Origin: an uncultured Bifidobacteriaceae bacterium
Lineage (GTDB): Bacteria; Actinomycetota; Acidimicrobiia; IMCC26256; PALSA-555
Length of the DNA: 64,000 nucleotides
NCBI GenBank assembly: GCA_964555735.1
Contig: CAZKTS010000129.1
Coordinates: 624-64,623 of the forward strand
Direction: 5' to 3'
Shown here: in pieces, positions 53,907-61,912 of the stretch
Layout of the letters: every line of letters begins with the position of its first letter
Numbering within the stretch: the stretch's first letter is position 1
Made by a program: the position numbers and the translations under genes
Notes under the pieces: generated by a model
Told to the model about the DNA's origin: nothing
What the model saw: only the letters and a program-made list of their open reading frames with translations
Databases searched by the model: none

Positions 53907-54842
53907 ATGACCAAGAGCGAAGGTGCGGGCGCGTGTGCCGGCAAGGTCGCGCTCGTGACCGGCGCCAGCCGCGGCATCGGACGCGCGGTGGCACTCCGGC
54001 TCGCGGCGGAGGGAGCCGCGGTCGCCGTGTGCTCCCGCCCGACGCCGGCGCACGCCGAGCTGGGCACGCTCGATGACGTCGCCGCCGAGCTCGCCGCGAC
54101 CGGAGCCCGCACGATGGCGGTGCCGTTCGACCTCCGCAAGTCGGGTCCGGTGGCCGAGCTCGCCGACGCGGTCGCCGACGAGCTGGGGCCGATCGACATC
54201 CTGGTCAACAACGCCGCGGCGGGCACGTTCCGCTCGTTCCTCGACTGGTCGGACGAGTCGATCGCCGCCGTGCTCGACCTCAACTTCTGGGCACCGTGGC
54301 GCCTCACCCGCGCCGTGTTGCCCGCCATGCTCGAGCGGCAGCAGGGCTGGATCCTCAACATGAGCTCCCAGACCGCGGTCATCCCCACCGGTCCGCCGTT
54401 CCCAGCGACGCACCCGGCGCGCCACGGCACGATGTACGGCGGCACCAAGGCGCTGCTCAACCGCTGGACCGCGAGCCTTGCCGTCGAGGTCTTCGACGCC
54501 GGCATCGCGGTCAACACGCTCGCTCCGCAGGCGGCCGCCGCGACCGAGCTCCTCGTCGAGTACTCGGACCTCGACGAGGCCGCGTACGAGCCGCTCGAGA
54601 CGATGGCGGAGGCGTCGCTCGCGCTGTGCTCGGCGGATCCGGGCGTCCTCACGGGTCGTGTCGCGACGAGCCTCGAGCTGCTCTGCGAGCTCGACCGACC
54701 CGTACGAACGCTGGATGGCTCGGCGTTGCTGGACGGATGGCAGCCCGACGACCTTCCCGACCGCATCGCGGCGATGAGCGAGCTGGCACACGGACCGCCG
54801 TCAAACGTCGACGCGGTGCTGGGTCAACGGGCCCCGTCGTGA
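53907..54842 (+). CDS. Short-chain dehydrogenase/reductase
   Basis: Only the C-terminal 311 aa of the 625-aa ORF is protein-like. KVALVTGASRGIG and YGGTK motifs. ATG at 53907. Confidence 0.8.
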   Translation: MTKSEGAGACAGKVALVTGASRGIGRAVALRLAAEGAAVAVCSRPTPAHAELGTLDDVAAELAATGARTMAVPFDLRKSGPVAELADAVADELGPIDILVNNAAAGTFRSFLDWSDESIAAVLDLNFWAPWRLTRAVLPAMLERQQGWILNMSSQTAVIPTGPPFPATHPARHGTMYGGTKALLNRWTASLAVEVFDAGIAVNTLAPQAAAATELLVEYSDLDEAAYEPLETMAEASLALCSADPGVLTGRVATSLELLCELDRPVRTLDGSALLDGWQPDDLPDRIAAMSELAHGPPSNVDAVLGQRAPS

Positions 54843-54861
54843 TCGGCCGTACACTCCGAGC

Positions 54862-55515
54862 GTGAGCGACGGCGCCCCGGTCACCGAGCCGACGACACCA
54901 CCGGTTCCGGAGCGGTCGACGCCCAAGGCCAGGGCAACTCGCGCTCGCCTGATCGATGTGGCCGGCACCGTCTTCGTCGACGCCGGCTACGCGTCGACGT
55001 CGGTTCGAGACGTCGCCGAGCAGGCGGACATGACCACCGGCGCGATCTACGGCCACTTCCGCGGCAAGGCCGACCTCCTCAGCGAAGCCGTCCGGCGGCG
55101 CCTCGAAGACGACCTTCGCGACCACGGCGGTCGTCCCTACGACGAGACGACCGTCGCTGCATGGGTCGCCCACAGCTTCGCCGACTTCCCGACGCGCCGG
55201 GCCATGCGCGCGCTCCTCGTGGAGGCCGCGGCGGCCGCTCGTGTCGATCCCGAGGTCCGTGAGCCGCTTCGCGACGTCCTCGAGGACCAGCTCGGGGAGT
55301 GGGCGGCTCTCTACGACGAGATCTGGGCCCGCGAGCACCTCGATCCCGACGTCGATCCGGGCGCGGCGATGCGCCTCTTCTTCGCCATGGAGGTCGGGCT
55401 CGGGATCTTCGAAGCCCTCGGGCTCGAGGTCCCCGCACCGGAGACCGCGGCCGATCTGGTGCGCCGCTTCCTCGACGGCTTGCGGCCCGAAGCACCCCTC
55501 GACCGGAAAAGATAA
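54862..55515 (+). CDS. TetR-family transcriptional regulator
   Basis: 217 aa. RARLIDVAGTVFVDAGYASTSVRDVAEQADMTTGAIYGHF HTH region. Confidence 0.85.
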   Translation: MSDGAPVTEPTTPPVPERSTPKARATRARLIDVAGTVFVDAGYASTSVRDVAEQADMTTGAIYGHFRGKADLLSEAVRRRLEDDLRDHGGRPYDETTVAAWVAHSFADFPTRRAMRALLVEAAAAARVDPEVREPLRDVLEDQLGEWAALYDEIWAREHLDPDVDPGAAMRLFFAMEVGLGIFEALGLEVPAPETAADLVRRFLDGLRPEAPLDRKR

Positions 55516-55556
55516 CAACGGTATGATCTCCCCTCATCGCACGAGGGGGAGTCGGG

Positions 55557-56891
55557 ATGCGATCGTCGTTGCGCGCGCTGGCCGTTGGGGCTGCCGTCAT
55601 CTTGTCCGTCACCGTGGTCGCCACCGGCGCCGTCGCCCAGAGCGACGCCGAGAAGCCGACGGCCACCGAGGTCGGTGTCACGGCCGACGAGATCCGCATC
55701 GCCGTGATCGCCGACGTCGACACGCAGGTCGCACCGGGACTGTTCCAGGGATCCCGGCAAGCAGTCGAGGGCTTCGCGAAGTACATCAACTCCACCGGTG
55801 GGCTGGCCGGCCGCAAGCTCGTCGTCGACTTCATCGACTCGAAGCTCAGCGCCGACAACGCTCGGAATGCCGTGATCGACGCGTGCGAGAACGACTTCGC
55901 CATGGTCGGCACCGCCGCACTGTTCCTGACCAACGTCGATGACCAGCTCGCGTGCGTCGACAAGGCGGGTGTGGCGACCGGTCTGCCCGACATCCCCTTC
56001 CTGACGACCGAGGTCGTGCAGCAGTGCTCGCCGATCACGTACCCGGTGTCGCCGCCGACCATCGACTGCGCGACCAAGGACGATCCGACGCCGACATACC
56101 GCGCCAGCGTCGGGCGAGCCAACTACTACGAGAAGAAGTACGGCAAGGATCTGCACGGCGTCTACGTCTTCGGTGCCGATCTCAAGTCGGCGCGTGACAC
56201 CTCGTTCGCGAGCGGCCTCGGCCAGATCCGGGAGCTGTGCTGCACGTCGGACCGGGACTTCGACCTGCCGTCGACGTCGATCCAGAGCGCCTACACGCCG
56301 GTCGTGTCTGCGCTGCGCGAGGGCAACGGCAACTACGCGCAGAGCGCCGGCCCGTTCAACACCACGGTGAACCTTCGCAAGGAAGCAAAGCTCCAGGGCG
56401 TCACTGACGTCGACGTCTGGGACTGCGGTACGCAGTGCTACGACCCGCAGCTGCTCCAGCAAGGTGGCCCGGACGTCGAAGACCAGTACGCCGACACCCT
56501 CTATCTGCCCTTCTACAACGCCGCGGACCGCAAGGCGAACAAGATGCTCGCCACCTTCTACAAGTACCTCGGCGCCGAAGATGCCGGCCACCTCGGCGCC
56601 CCGTACTCTTGGATCGCCGCGGTGGCGTTCCGCGACGCGGTCGAGGCGGTCGTCGCCGACCATGGCGTGAACGGCCTCACCCGCGCGAACCTCCTCGAAG
56701 CCCTGGGGTCGATTCACGAGTTCGACGCCGATGGCATGTACAGCACCGTCGACCTCGCCGGTCGGACACCCACGTCGTGCCACGTGCTCAACCAGGTCCA
56801 GGACGGCAAGTTCGTGCGGGTGTTCCCGAAGAAGCCCGGCACGTTCGACTGCCCGAAGAACGGCGTCGTCGAGGTGAAGCTCGACCTCTGA
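55557..56891 (+). CDS. Orphan LivK-like ABC substrate-binding protein
   Basis: 444 aa with signal peptide MRSSLRALAVGAAVILSVTVVATGAVA. No adjacent permease or ATPase. Confidence 0.8.
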   Translation: MRSSLRALAVGAAVILSVTVVATGAVAQSDAEKPTATEVGVTADEIRIAVIADVDTQVAPGLFQGSRQAVEGFAKYINSTGGLAGRKLVVDFIDSKLSADNARNAVIDACENDFAMVGTAALFLTNVDDQLACVDKAGVATGLPDIPFLTTEVVQQCSPITYPVSPPTIDCATKDDPTPTYRASVGRANYYEKKYGKDLHGVYVFGADLKSARDTSFASGLGQIRELCCTSDRDFDLPSTSIQSAYTPVVSALREGNGNYAQSAGPFNTTVNLRKEAKLQGVTDVDVWDCGTQCYDPQLLQQGGPDVEDQYADTLYLPFYNAADRKANKMLATFYKYLGAEDAGHLGAPYSWIAAVAFRDAVEAVVADHGVNGLTRANLLEALGSIHEFDADGMYSTVDLAGRTPTSCHVLNQVQDGKFVRVFPKKPGTFDCPKNGVVEVKLDL

Positions 56892-56995
56892 GCTCTCGGC
56901 GCAGGCCGAGGACCGGCACACCCCCCTCGTCGGCACCTTGGCCTGCGCCGTGACCCGCACGCGACCTCGGAGGACCTGGACGAGCTGTGCGCCGG

Positions 56996-58252
56996 ATGCT
57001 GAACAACCTGCGATCCGTCCTGCGGTTCCGGCGTCGGACCGGGGACCGCATCACCCGCCGCCTCGACCGCGTCGTCAACGTCGGCGATCTGCGAGCGCTC
57101 GCCCGACGGCGCTTGCCTCGCGGTGTGTTCGACTACATCGACGGCGGCGCTGAAGACGAGATCACTCTCGCGGACAACACGGATGCCTTCCGGCGCATCC
57201 GCTTCGTGCCCGACGTCCTCAACGACGTCGGCTCCGTCGACACCCGCACCACGATCTTCGGCGACGAAGCCGCGTATCCCCTCGTGCTCGCGCCGACCGG
57301 CTTCACGCGCATCGCCGACCCGGCCGGCGAGCTCGCTGTCGCACGAGCAGCAGGCCGGGCGGGGCTGCCGTACGTGCTGTCGACGCTCGCGACGAGGTCG
57401 ATCGAGGAGGTCGCTGCGGTAGCGACCGGTCCGCTCTGGTTCCAGGTCTACATGTGGCGCGACCGGGACCTCGTGGCATCGCTGATCGAGCGAGCCGCCC
57501 AGGCGAGCTACCGAGCGCTCGTCCTGACGGTCGACACCGCAGTGTTCGGACGCAGGGAACGAGATGTCCGGCGCGGGTTCGAGCTGCCACCCTCGATCGG
57601 ACCGGGAACGATCGTCGATGGGATGCGCCATCCTGGCTGGACCTGGCAGTTCTTGCGATCGGATCCGATCCGATTCGCGAACGTCACCGGTCGCGAAGAC
57701 GTCGGCGACGGTGCTGACCCCGTGACGCTCGCCGACTACATCAACGCTCAGTTCGACCCGACGCTGAGCTGGTCCGACATCGAGTGGCTGCGCGACCGGT
57801 GGGCCGGTCCAATCGTGTTGAAGGGCATCCAGTCGGCCGGCGACGCAGTTCGAGCGGTCGACCACGGCGTAGAGGCGATCGCCGTCTCCAACCACGGCGG
57901 ACGTCAGCTCGACGGCGCGATCGCGCCGATCGACCGCATCCCGGCGATCACCGACCGCATCGGCGATCACGCCGTCGTCATCTGCGACGGCGGCATCCGA
58001 CGAGGGAGCGATCTCGTGAAGGTGATCGCTGCGGGCGCCACAGCCGGGATGACCGGCCGCCCGTATCTCTACGGGCTCGGCGCAGCGGGCGAGCGGGGTG
58101 TCGACCATGTGCTCGAGCACATTCGCGAAGGCGTCGTGCGAACGATGTCGCTTCTCGGCACTCCGACGCTCGCGGACGTCGGACCGAATCTCCTCGACGA
58201 GACGGATGGCTGGGTGACTCGCAGGGATTCCTCGAACCGATCGCGGGTCTGA
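56996..58252 (+). CDS. FMN-dependent alpha-hydroxy-acid dehydrogenase/oxidase (LldD-like)
   Basis: FDYIDGGAEDE, VSNHGGRQLD and DGGIRRGSD motifs. Start at MLNNLRS (alternative 56987). Confidence 0.85.
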   Translation: MLNNLRSVLRFRRRTGDRITRRLDRVVNVGDLRALARRRLPRGVFDYIDGGAEDEITLADNTDAFRRIRFVPDVLNDVGSVDTRTTIFGDEAAYPLVLAPTGFTRIADPAGELAVARAAGRAGLPYVLSTLATRSIEEVAAVATGPLWFQVYMWRDRDLVASLIERAAQASYRALVLTVDTAVFGRRERDVRRGFELPPSIGPGTIVDGMRHPGWTWQFLRSDPIRFANVTGREDVGDGADPVTLADYINAQFDPTLSWSDIEWLRDRWAGPIVLKGIQSAGDAVRAVDHGVEAIAVSNHGGRQLDGAIAPIDRIPAITDRIGDHAVVICDGGIRRGSDLVKVIAAGATAGMTGRPYLYGLGAAGERGVDHVLEHIREGVVRTMSLLGTPTLADVGPNLLDETDGWVTRRDSSNRSRV

Positions 58253-58265
58253 CCTGCAGGTTGGC

Positions 58266-58432
58266 TGGCGCCCCCGGCAGGATTCGAACCTGCGCACACG
58301 GTTTAGGAAGACATTCCCGACCGTCCAGCCAGACCACTCGCGTCCAGCGGGTGTTGTCCTGCTTGATGGTAGGTCCATCTGGTGACGGCGAGTGACGTGG
58401 TGTGCGGGGAGTAGTAGGGACGCGAGTAGGGA
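58266..58432 (-). ncRNA. tRNA-like repeat element copy B (direct repeat + acceptor-like helix + T-arm + encoded CCA); function unknown
   Basis: The minus strand ends ...ACGGT-CGGGAATGTC-TTCCTAA-ACCGT-GTGC-GCAGG-TTCGAAT-CCTGC-CGGGGGC-G-CCA. The 5' part is TCCCTACT-CGCG-TCCCTACT-ACTCCCCG. Its T-stem differs from copy A by a compensatory pair. Confidence 0.55.
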
Positions 58433-58455
58433 TGAAAGGCGTCGTGTTCGCGCTT

Positions 58456-59178
58456 CTACGGGTTCGACGGTCGGAGGCGCACAATGGCCTCTCGACCAGG
58501 TTGGCCTCCGAGGTCGACTGCCCAGATGTACTGAGGGTGCTGGGAAAGCGACGCGCGGGTCAGTGCGTGTCGCCATGCATCGGTACTTCCGAACACCCAG
58601 TGGATCACTGCAAGGTGGGTCTCATACCCGGCGGCGCCGGCGGCTTCGAGCTTCGGGCTGCAATCGGCAACCGCCGTCAAGAAGCGGTCGTGTGCTTCAG
58701 TGCCGAGCTCGAACTCGGCTGCGGAACGCATCGGGCTGACGATCAGCCTTGGGTTCGTTGCTATCCGAGCGACGCTCAGGTTCCGCGTGATCTTCCGGTC
58801 GCTTGACCGGGCTTGACCGATCTCGATGATCCGGTCGGCAGTCAGTCCGACCAAGCTCTTGAGCTGTTGGCGTGACCCATGATGGAGGGTGACGGCGAAG
58901 TGTCCGGTCAGGGTCGGTGCGCGCTCTTCGACTGCGAGTCGAACGCGTTCGGCAAATTGATCGAACGGTGCCTGGTCTTCGAGCCAGCCGCGATCCCACG
59001 CGCGAGTGACCTCGATGGCGAGGCGCCATCCATCCGTGCGCTCCGCTGCGAAGTCGAACGTCTGACCGGGGTGGCGTGCATTGAGGCCGTCGACGCGTTC
59101 GGGCGGACCGATGAGCTCGCCGAGGTGCGGGGCGAGAAGCGCGAGAGCGTCGTCGCCGCGGTCGTCAATTGCGTTCAT
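58456..59178 (-). CDS. Hypothetical protein (possible PD-(D/E)xK-like nuclease fold, weak)
   Basis: 240-aa ORF in lower-GC DNA. FDFAAE...RLAIEVTR resembles a D...ExK-type motif. A decayed paralog fragment lies at 61420..61575. Confidence 0.55.
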   Translation of the reverse strand: MNAIDDRGDDALALLAPHLGELIGPPERVDGLNARHPGQTFDFAAERTDGWRLAIEVTRAWDRGWLEDQAPFDQFAERVRLAVEERAPTLTGHFAVTLHHGSRQQLKSLVGLTADRIIEIGQARSSDRKITRNLSVARIATNPRLIVSPMRSAAEFELGTEAHDRFLTAVADCSPKLEAAGAAGYETHLAVIHWVFGSTDAWRHALTRASLSQHPQYIWAVDLGGQPGREAIVRLRPSNP

Positions 59179-59187
59179 CGGTGTTCA

Positions 59188-60024
59188 TCAGGAGCGTGCG
59201 TCTGTGCGCCCAGCGAAATCGCGCATCGTGAAGACCTCAAGATGGTTGAGGAACTTGTCTCGCCCGCGCACCTTTCGCAAGGCATCTGCTAGATGCCGCT
59301 CCGTCGCGACGGCCTCTACATAGGGGAGAGAGGAGGCGATCAGGACGTCGAAGGCGTCCGAGGCGCCTGGTGTGCGGTCGCGATCTGCGTAGAACTTGTA
59401 GAACACGGTGTACGCCATCGCCTTGAGCGATGGAAAGGCGTCGACATCGACTACTTGTTCCGTGGCCGCTTCGCGTTGCGCGAAGGCCATCTGGTGTTCG
59501 CATAGCTGTGAGTAGGCGGTCATCCAGGCGAAGAGACGAACCTCTTCTCGGGTGTAGTTCTCGCGTGCAGGTTGGTAGTTCTGCACGAGTGAAACCATGC
59601 CATCGACGATGGACGCTCCGGCGTTCCGCCAGATCGACGCCTGGTGCTCAAGCTGCCCGAGGAGACTCGGGAGAACGGTGAGCTGGTGGCCAGCGCCTCC
59701 GAGCGGCGTGAAGGCGATCGACCCAGGCTCGACAACGGTCGGATCGGGGTAGCAGCGGACTTCTTCTTCGATCAGTTCCCGGTAGCTCTTGATGAGCAGG
59801 CATGGCTCGCATTGAAACGCGGTAATGAACTGGTCGAAGACGTCGACCCGCCTCTGCAGCTCCAGCAGCGTGAACACGCTGAAGCACGGAATGAACGGCG
59901 GATCGGTCGCACTCCAGGTGTCGCGGAACTGTTGGCCAACACCAGTGGGGTCCTTGGCGATCTCGCTCGCCGCCATCGTGTCGAGCAAGAACAATGGATA
60001 GCGCGTGCCGTTGAGGCTGAGCAT
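59188..60024 (-). CDS. Hypothetical protein with PIN-like signature (weak)
   Basis: 278 aa from an ATG with a perfect AAGGAGA SD. LFLLDTMAAS (Asp), FTLLELQ (Glu) and C-terminal DAFDVLIASSLPYVEAVATERH resemble PIN acidic residues. Confidence 0.55.
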   Translation of the reverse strand: MLSLNGTRYPLFLLDTMAASEIAKDPTGVGQQFRDTWSATDPPFIPCFSVFTLLELQRRVDVFDQFITAFQCEPCLLIKSYRELIEEEVRCYPDPTVVEPGSIAFTPLGGAGHQLTVLPSLLGQLEHQASIWRNAGASIVDGMVSLVQNYQPARENYTREEVRLFAWMTAYSQLCEHQMAFAQREAATEQVVDVDAFPSLKAMAYTVFYKFYADRDRTPGASDAFDVLIASSLPYVEAVATERHLADALRKVRGRDKFLNHLEVFTMRDFAGRTDARS

Positions 60025-60035
60025 TGTTCGTCTCC

Positions 60036-60215
60036 TTAGGGCCTGCGCTCGCGGCCGTCGAGATGCAACGTGTCGCCGTCGAGGTGCAGGCGCTTGATCA
60101 CGTGTGGTGCGGCGTGCTCGGCGCAGATCCGAAGGTTCGTATCGGGGTAGAGCGCCGACGAGTAGTTGTTGACCACGTTTGGACAGGCTTCGACCGAGCA
60201 GTCCATGACGATCAT
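60036..60215 (-). CDS. 59-aa Cys/His micro-protein (hypothetical)
   Basis: ATGA overlap with the stop of paralog 2. Has C6-x4-C11...C31-x2-H34. Too short for the ORF track's real-gene cues. Confidence 0.4.
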   Translation of the reverse strand: MIVMDCSVEACPNVVNNYSSALYPDTNLRICAEHAAPHVIKRLHLDGDTLHLDGRERRP

Positions 60216-60640
60216 CGGTTCGCGGCGGAGGCCTTGCGGCCGCGACGTGCAATCACTCGTTGGCGCTTTTCGGGAGCACCTTCGGACTCGAGGCGACCGC
60301 ACCACACGACTCGCTCGCCGAGCTCGATGACCAGGGCGAGATCGAGCCGACGGTCGGCGACGCGTCGCGAGGGCCGTCGGCGTGCTTCGGAGATCTTCCG
60401 GCGTTGCTGACGTGTTGCCGCCGGCGCACGGCCGACGTGGATGCCGGCGCAGTACGTGCATTCATACGGCTCGGCGGAGGAACCGGCGATCGGCTGCACG
60501 AAGCTGTTCCACTCGATCGCCTCGCGTGCCTCCTCGATCGACGCGTAGGAGTGCTTACGCCCGCAGGCAGACCACCGTCGCCGCAGCTCGCGGCGGCTGA
60601 CCTGACGGCCGCTCGACGCAGTTCGAGTGGAGGTGCTCAC
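60212..60640 (-). CDS. Arg-rich Cys/His (zinc-ribbon-like) protein, paralog 2
   Basis: 142 aa from a GTG. WSACGRKHSYAS...EPYECTYCAGIHVG...RRLDLALVIELGERVVWCGRLE. TACCGT lies exactly 7 nt upstream of the GTG, which suggests a leaderless mRNA. Confidence 0.65.
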   Translation of the reverse strand: MSTSTRTASSGRQVSRRELRRRWSACGRKHSYASIEEAREAIEWNSFVQPIAGSSAEPYECTYCAGIHVGRAPAATRQQRRKISEARRRPSRRVADRRLDLALVIELGERVVWCGRLESEGAPEKRQRVIARRGRKASAANR

Positions 60641-60777
60641 GATGACGACGGTAGAAGCGGGGTGAGACAGTCGAACGACTCTCGCTGCCGGCCCGCCGGT
60701 CCTGGCGTTCGCGAGCCACGCGCGGAAGAGTCTCCCCGGGCCTGCACGGCAACGCCAAAGCCGTCGGCTAGGCAGTT

Positions 60778-61014
60778 TCAGGTCGTGGCCGAATCGCTCC
60801 GCGTGATGGACCAGTCCGGGAACTCGGCCTTGAGCTCGGCGAGCGAGCGAAGGACCTCGGCCTCGTCGTCGGTCCGGGGCCGGGTGATCTGGATCTCGAC
60901 GAAGCGGGTGACGAGACCGAGGCCCCACCACGGACGCCACTGACGTCGGAGGGTGTAGCGGTACTGGTCGTCGCGCGCGTGCGCGATATCGCGCCACTTG
61001 GAGTAGCCGGGCAT
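60778..61014 (-). CDS. Small hypothetical protein (78 aa)
   Basis: ATG preceded by a GGGAGG SD at good spacing. No family recognised. Confidence 0.5.
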   Translation of the reverse strand: MPGYSKWRDIAHARDDQYRYTLRRQWRPWWGLGLVTRFVEIQITRPRTDDEAEVLRSLAELKAEFPDWSITRSDSATT

Positions 61015-61046
61015 CGTGAACCTCCCTAGGTTTCAGGGTTCTAGGT

Positions 61047-61256
61047 TCACGACCGCTCCCGCTTGCTTCTCTGTGGACGACGATGGCGCGCCTTGCGCGA
61101 CCTGCCCAGGGGCCGCTGTCGGACGCCGCACTCCTGCAGGTAGTACTCCCAGAAGTGGTGCTCGCACCAGTCTGCAAGTTCGTGTGAGCGCTCGAGGATC
61201 TCTTCGCGCGTCCAGTGGTCGCCTTCGGGCTCAGGTGGCTCCGGCACACTTGGCAC
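61047..61256 (-). CDS. Small hypothetical protein with Arg-rich tail (69 aa)
   Basis: ORF immediately upstream of 60778..61014 on the same strand. Composition is plausible, but there is no SD or homology support. Confidence 0.3.
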   Translation of the reverse strand: MPSVPEPPEPEGDHWTREEILERSHELADWCEHHFWEYYLQECGVRQRPLGRSRKARHRRPQRSKRERS

Positions 61257-61419
61257 TCTGTTCGTCGGGATTTCTGGCTTTGGCGGCCCCGACGCGCGCC
61301 GCCTCGACGAACGTACCTCACTGGTCCATTCGCGCGCCGCTCATCAGTGAACGCGACATCCAGGAGGTGCGACTTCCTTTCGCACTCCATCGAACTCTCG
61401 GTGTCTAAGACGACGGAGA

Positions 61420-61575
61420 GTCTTGCTGCCGCTATGAGCTCGAACTCGGCCGTGGAACGCATCGCGCTGCCGACCAGGCTTGGGGGTCGTTGCGATCCGA
61501 GCGACACTTAGGTTCGCGTGATCCTCCAGCCCTTGACAGGCGTTGACCGATCTCGATGATCCGGTCGTCATCGTT
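61420..61575 (-). pseudogene. Frameshifted fragment paralogous to the 3' half of 58456..59178
   Basis: The DNA aligns by eye with 58690..58850 (e.g. gaccgatctcgatgatccggtcg is shared). The homologous peptide (RIIEIGQ / NLSVARIAT) is split over two frames. Confidence 0.5.
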
Positions 61576-61577
61576 CG

Positions 61578-61706
61578 CTAGAGGTGGACTCCGGCGAGGT
61601 CGTGAGGAGCGTCGAACGCGACGGCGATGCCTACGAGCATTCCGAACGCCGCGAGCAGAGCAAGGGTGAACATTGTGACGACGAGCGTGCTGGTTCCCAT
61701 ATGCAT
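61578..61706 (-). CDS. Candidate 42-aa hydrophobic peptide
   Basis: Hand-translated as MHMGTSTLVVTMFTLALLAAFGMLVGIAVAFDAPHDLAGVHL. AGGA lies 5 nt upstream. Below the ORF-track size cutoff. Confidence 0.25.
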   Translation of the reverse strand: MHMGTSTLVVTMFTLALLAAFGMLVGIAVAFDAPHDLAGVHL

Positions 61707-61912
61707 GCAGTCCTGAGTTTTGTCGGGAGCATTGCCGTCGCCTCTCCCGCATCTCACCTCCGGTCAAGGCGAGGCGGGCTTCCGGAGAGGCGGCGAACGC
61801 GAGCCCGACTGGGTGTACAGGCTCTCGATGAGTTCTCCAGTCGCTGGGCGTGCCGTGCCCACCCGCGACCTCCGCCCGGGGGATGGGAGGCGCGGGTGGG
61901 CAAGCACGTGAG

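Noticed and set aside
58266-58342. Calling the T-arm regions (also 30379..30455) as bona fide tRNA genes
   Set aside because: There is no 5' acceptor strand (G[CU]5G) within tRNA distance and no D-arm. The anticodon loop carries a 10-nt insertion, and a 76-nt window gives only 2 of 7 acceptor pairs.
58266-58432. tmRNA or Y-RNA (YrlA) identity for the elements
   Set aside because: At about 165 nt they are too short for tmRNA. They have no GGGG 5' end and no plausible tag ORF (the frame ending at TAA gives ...GMSS). No Ro/Rsr or RtcB gene is nearby, and there is no terminal Ro-binding stem. These ideas were kept only as structural analogies.
29112-61900. Annotating the accessory segments as mobile elements/prophage
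   Set aside because: No integrase, transposase, recombinase, conjugation or phage structural genes, and no terminal inverted repeats, were found in the window. Only att-like remnants are present, so island status is reported as a hypothesis only.
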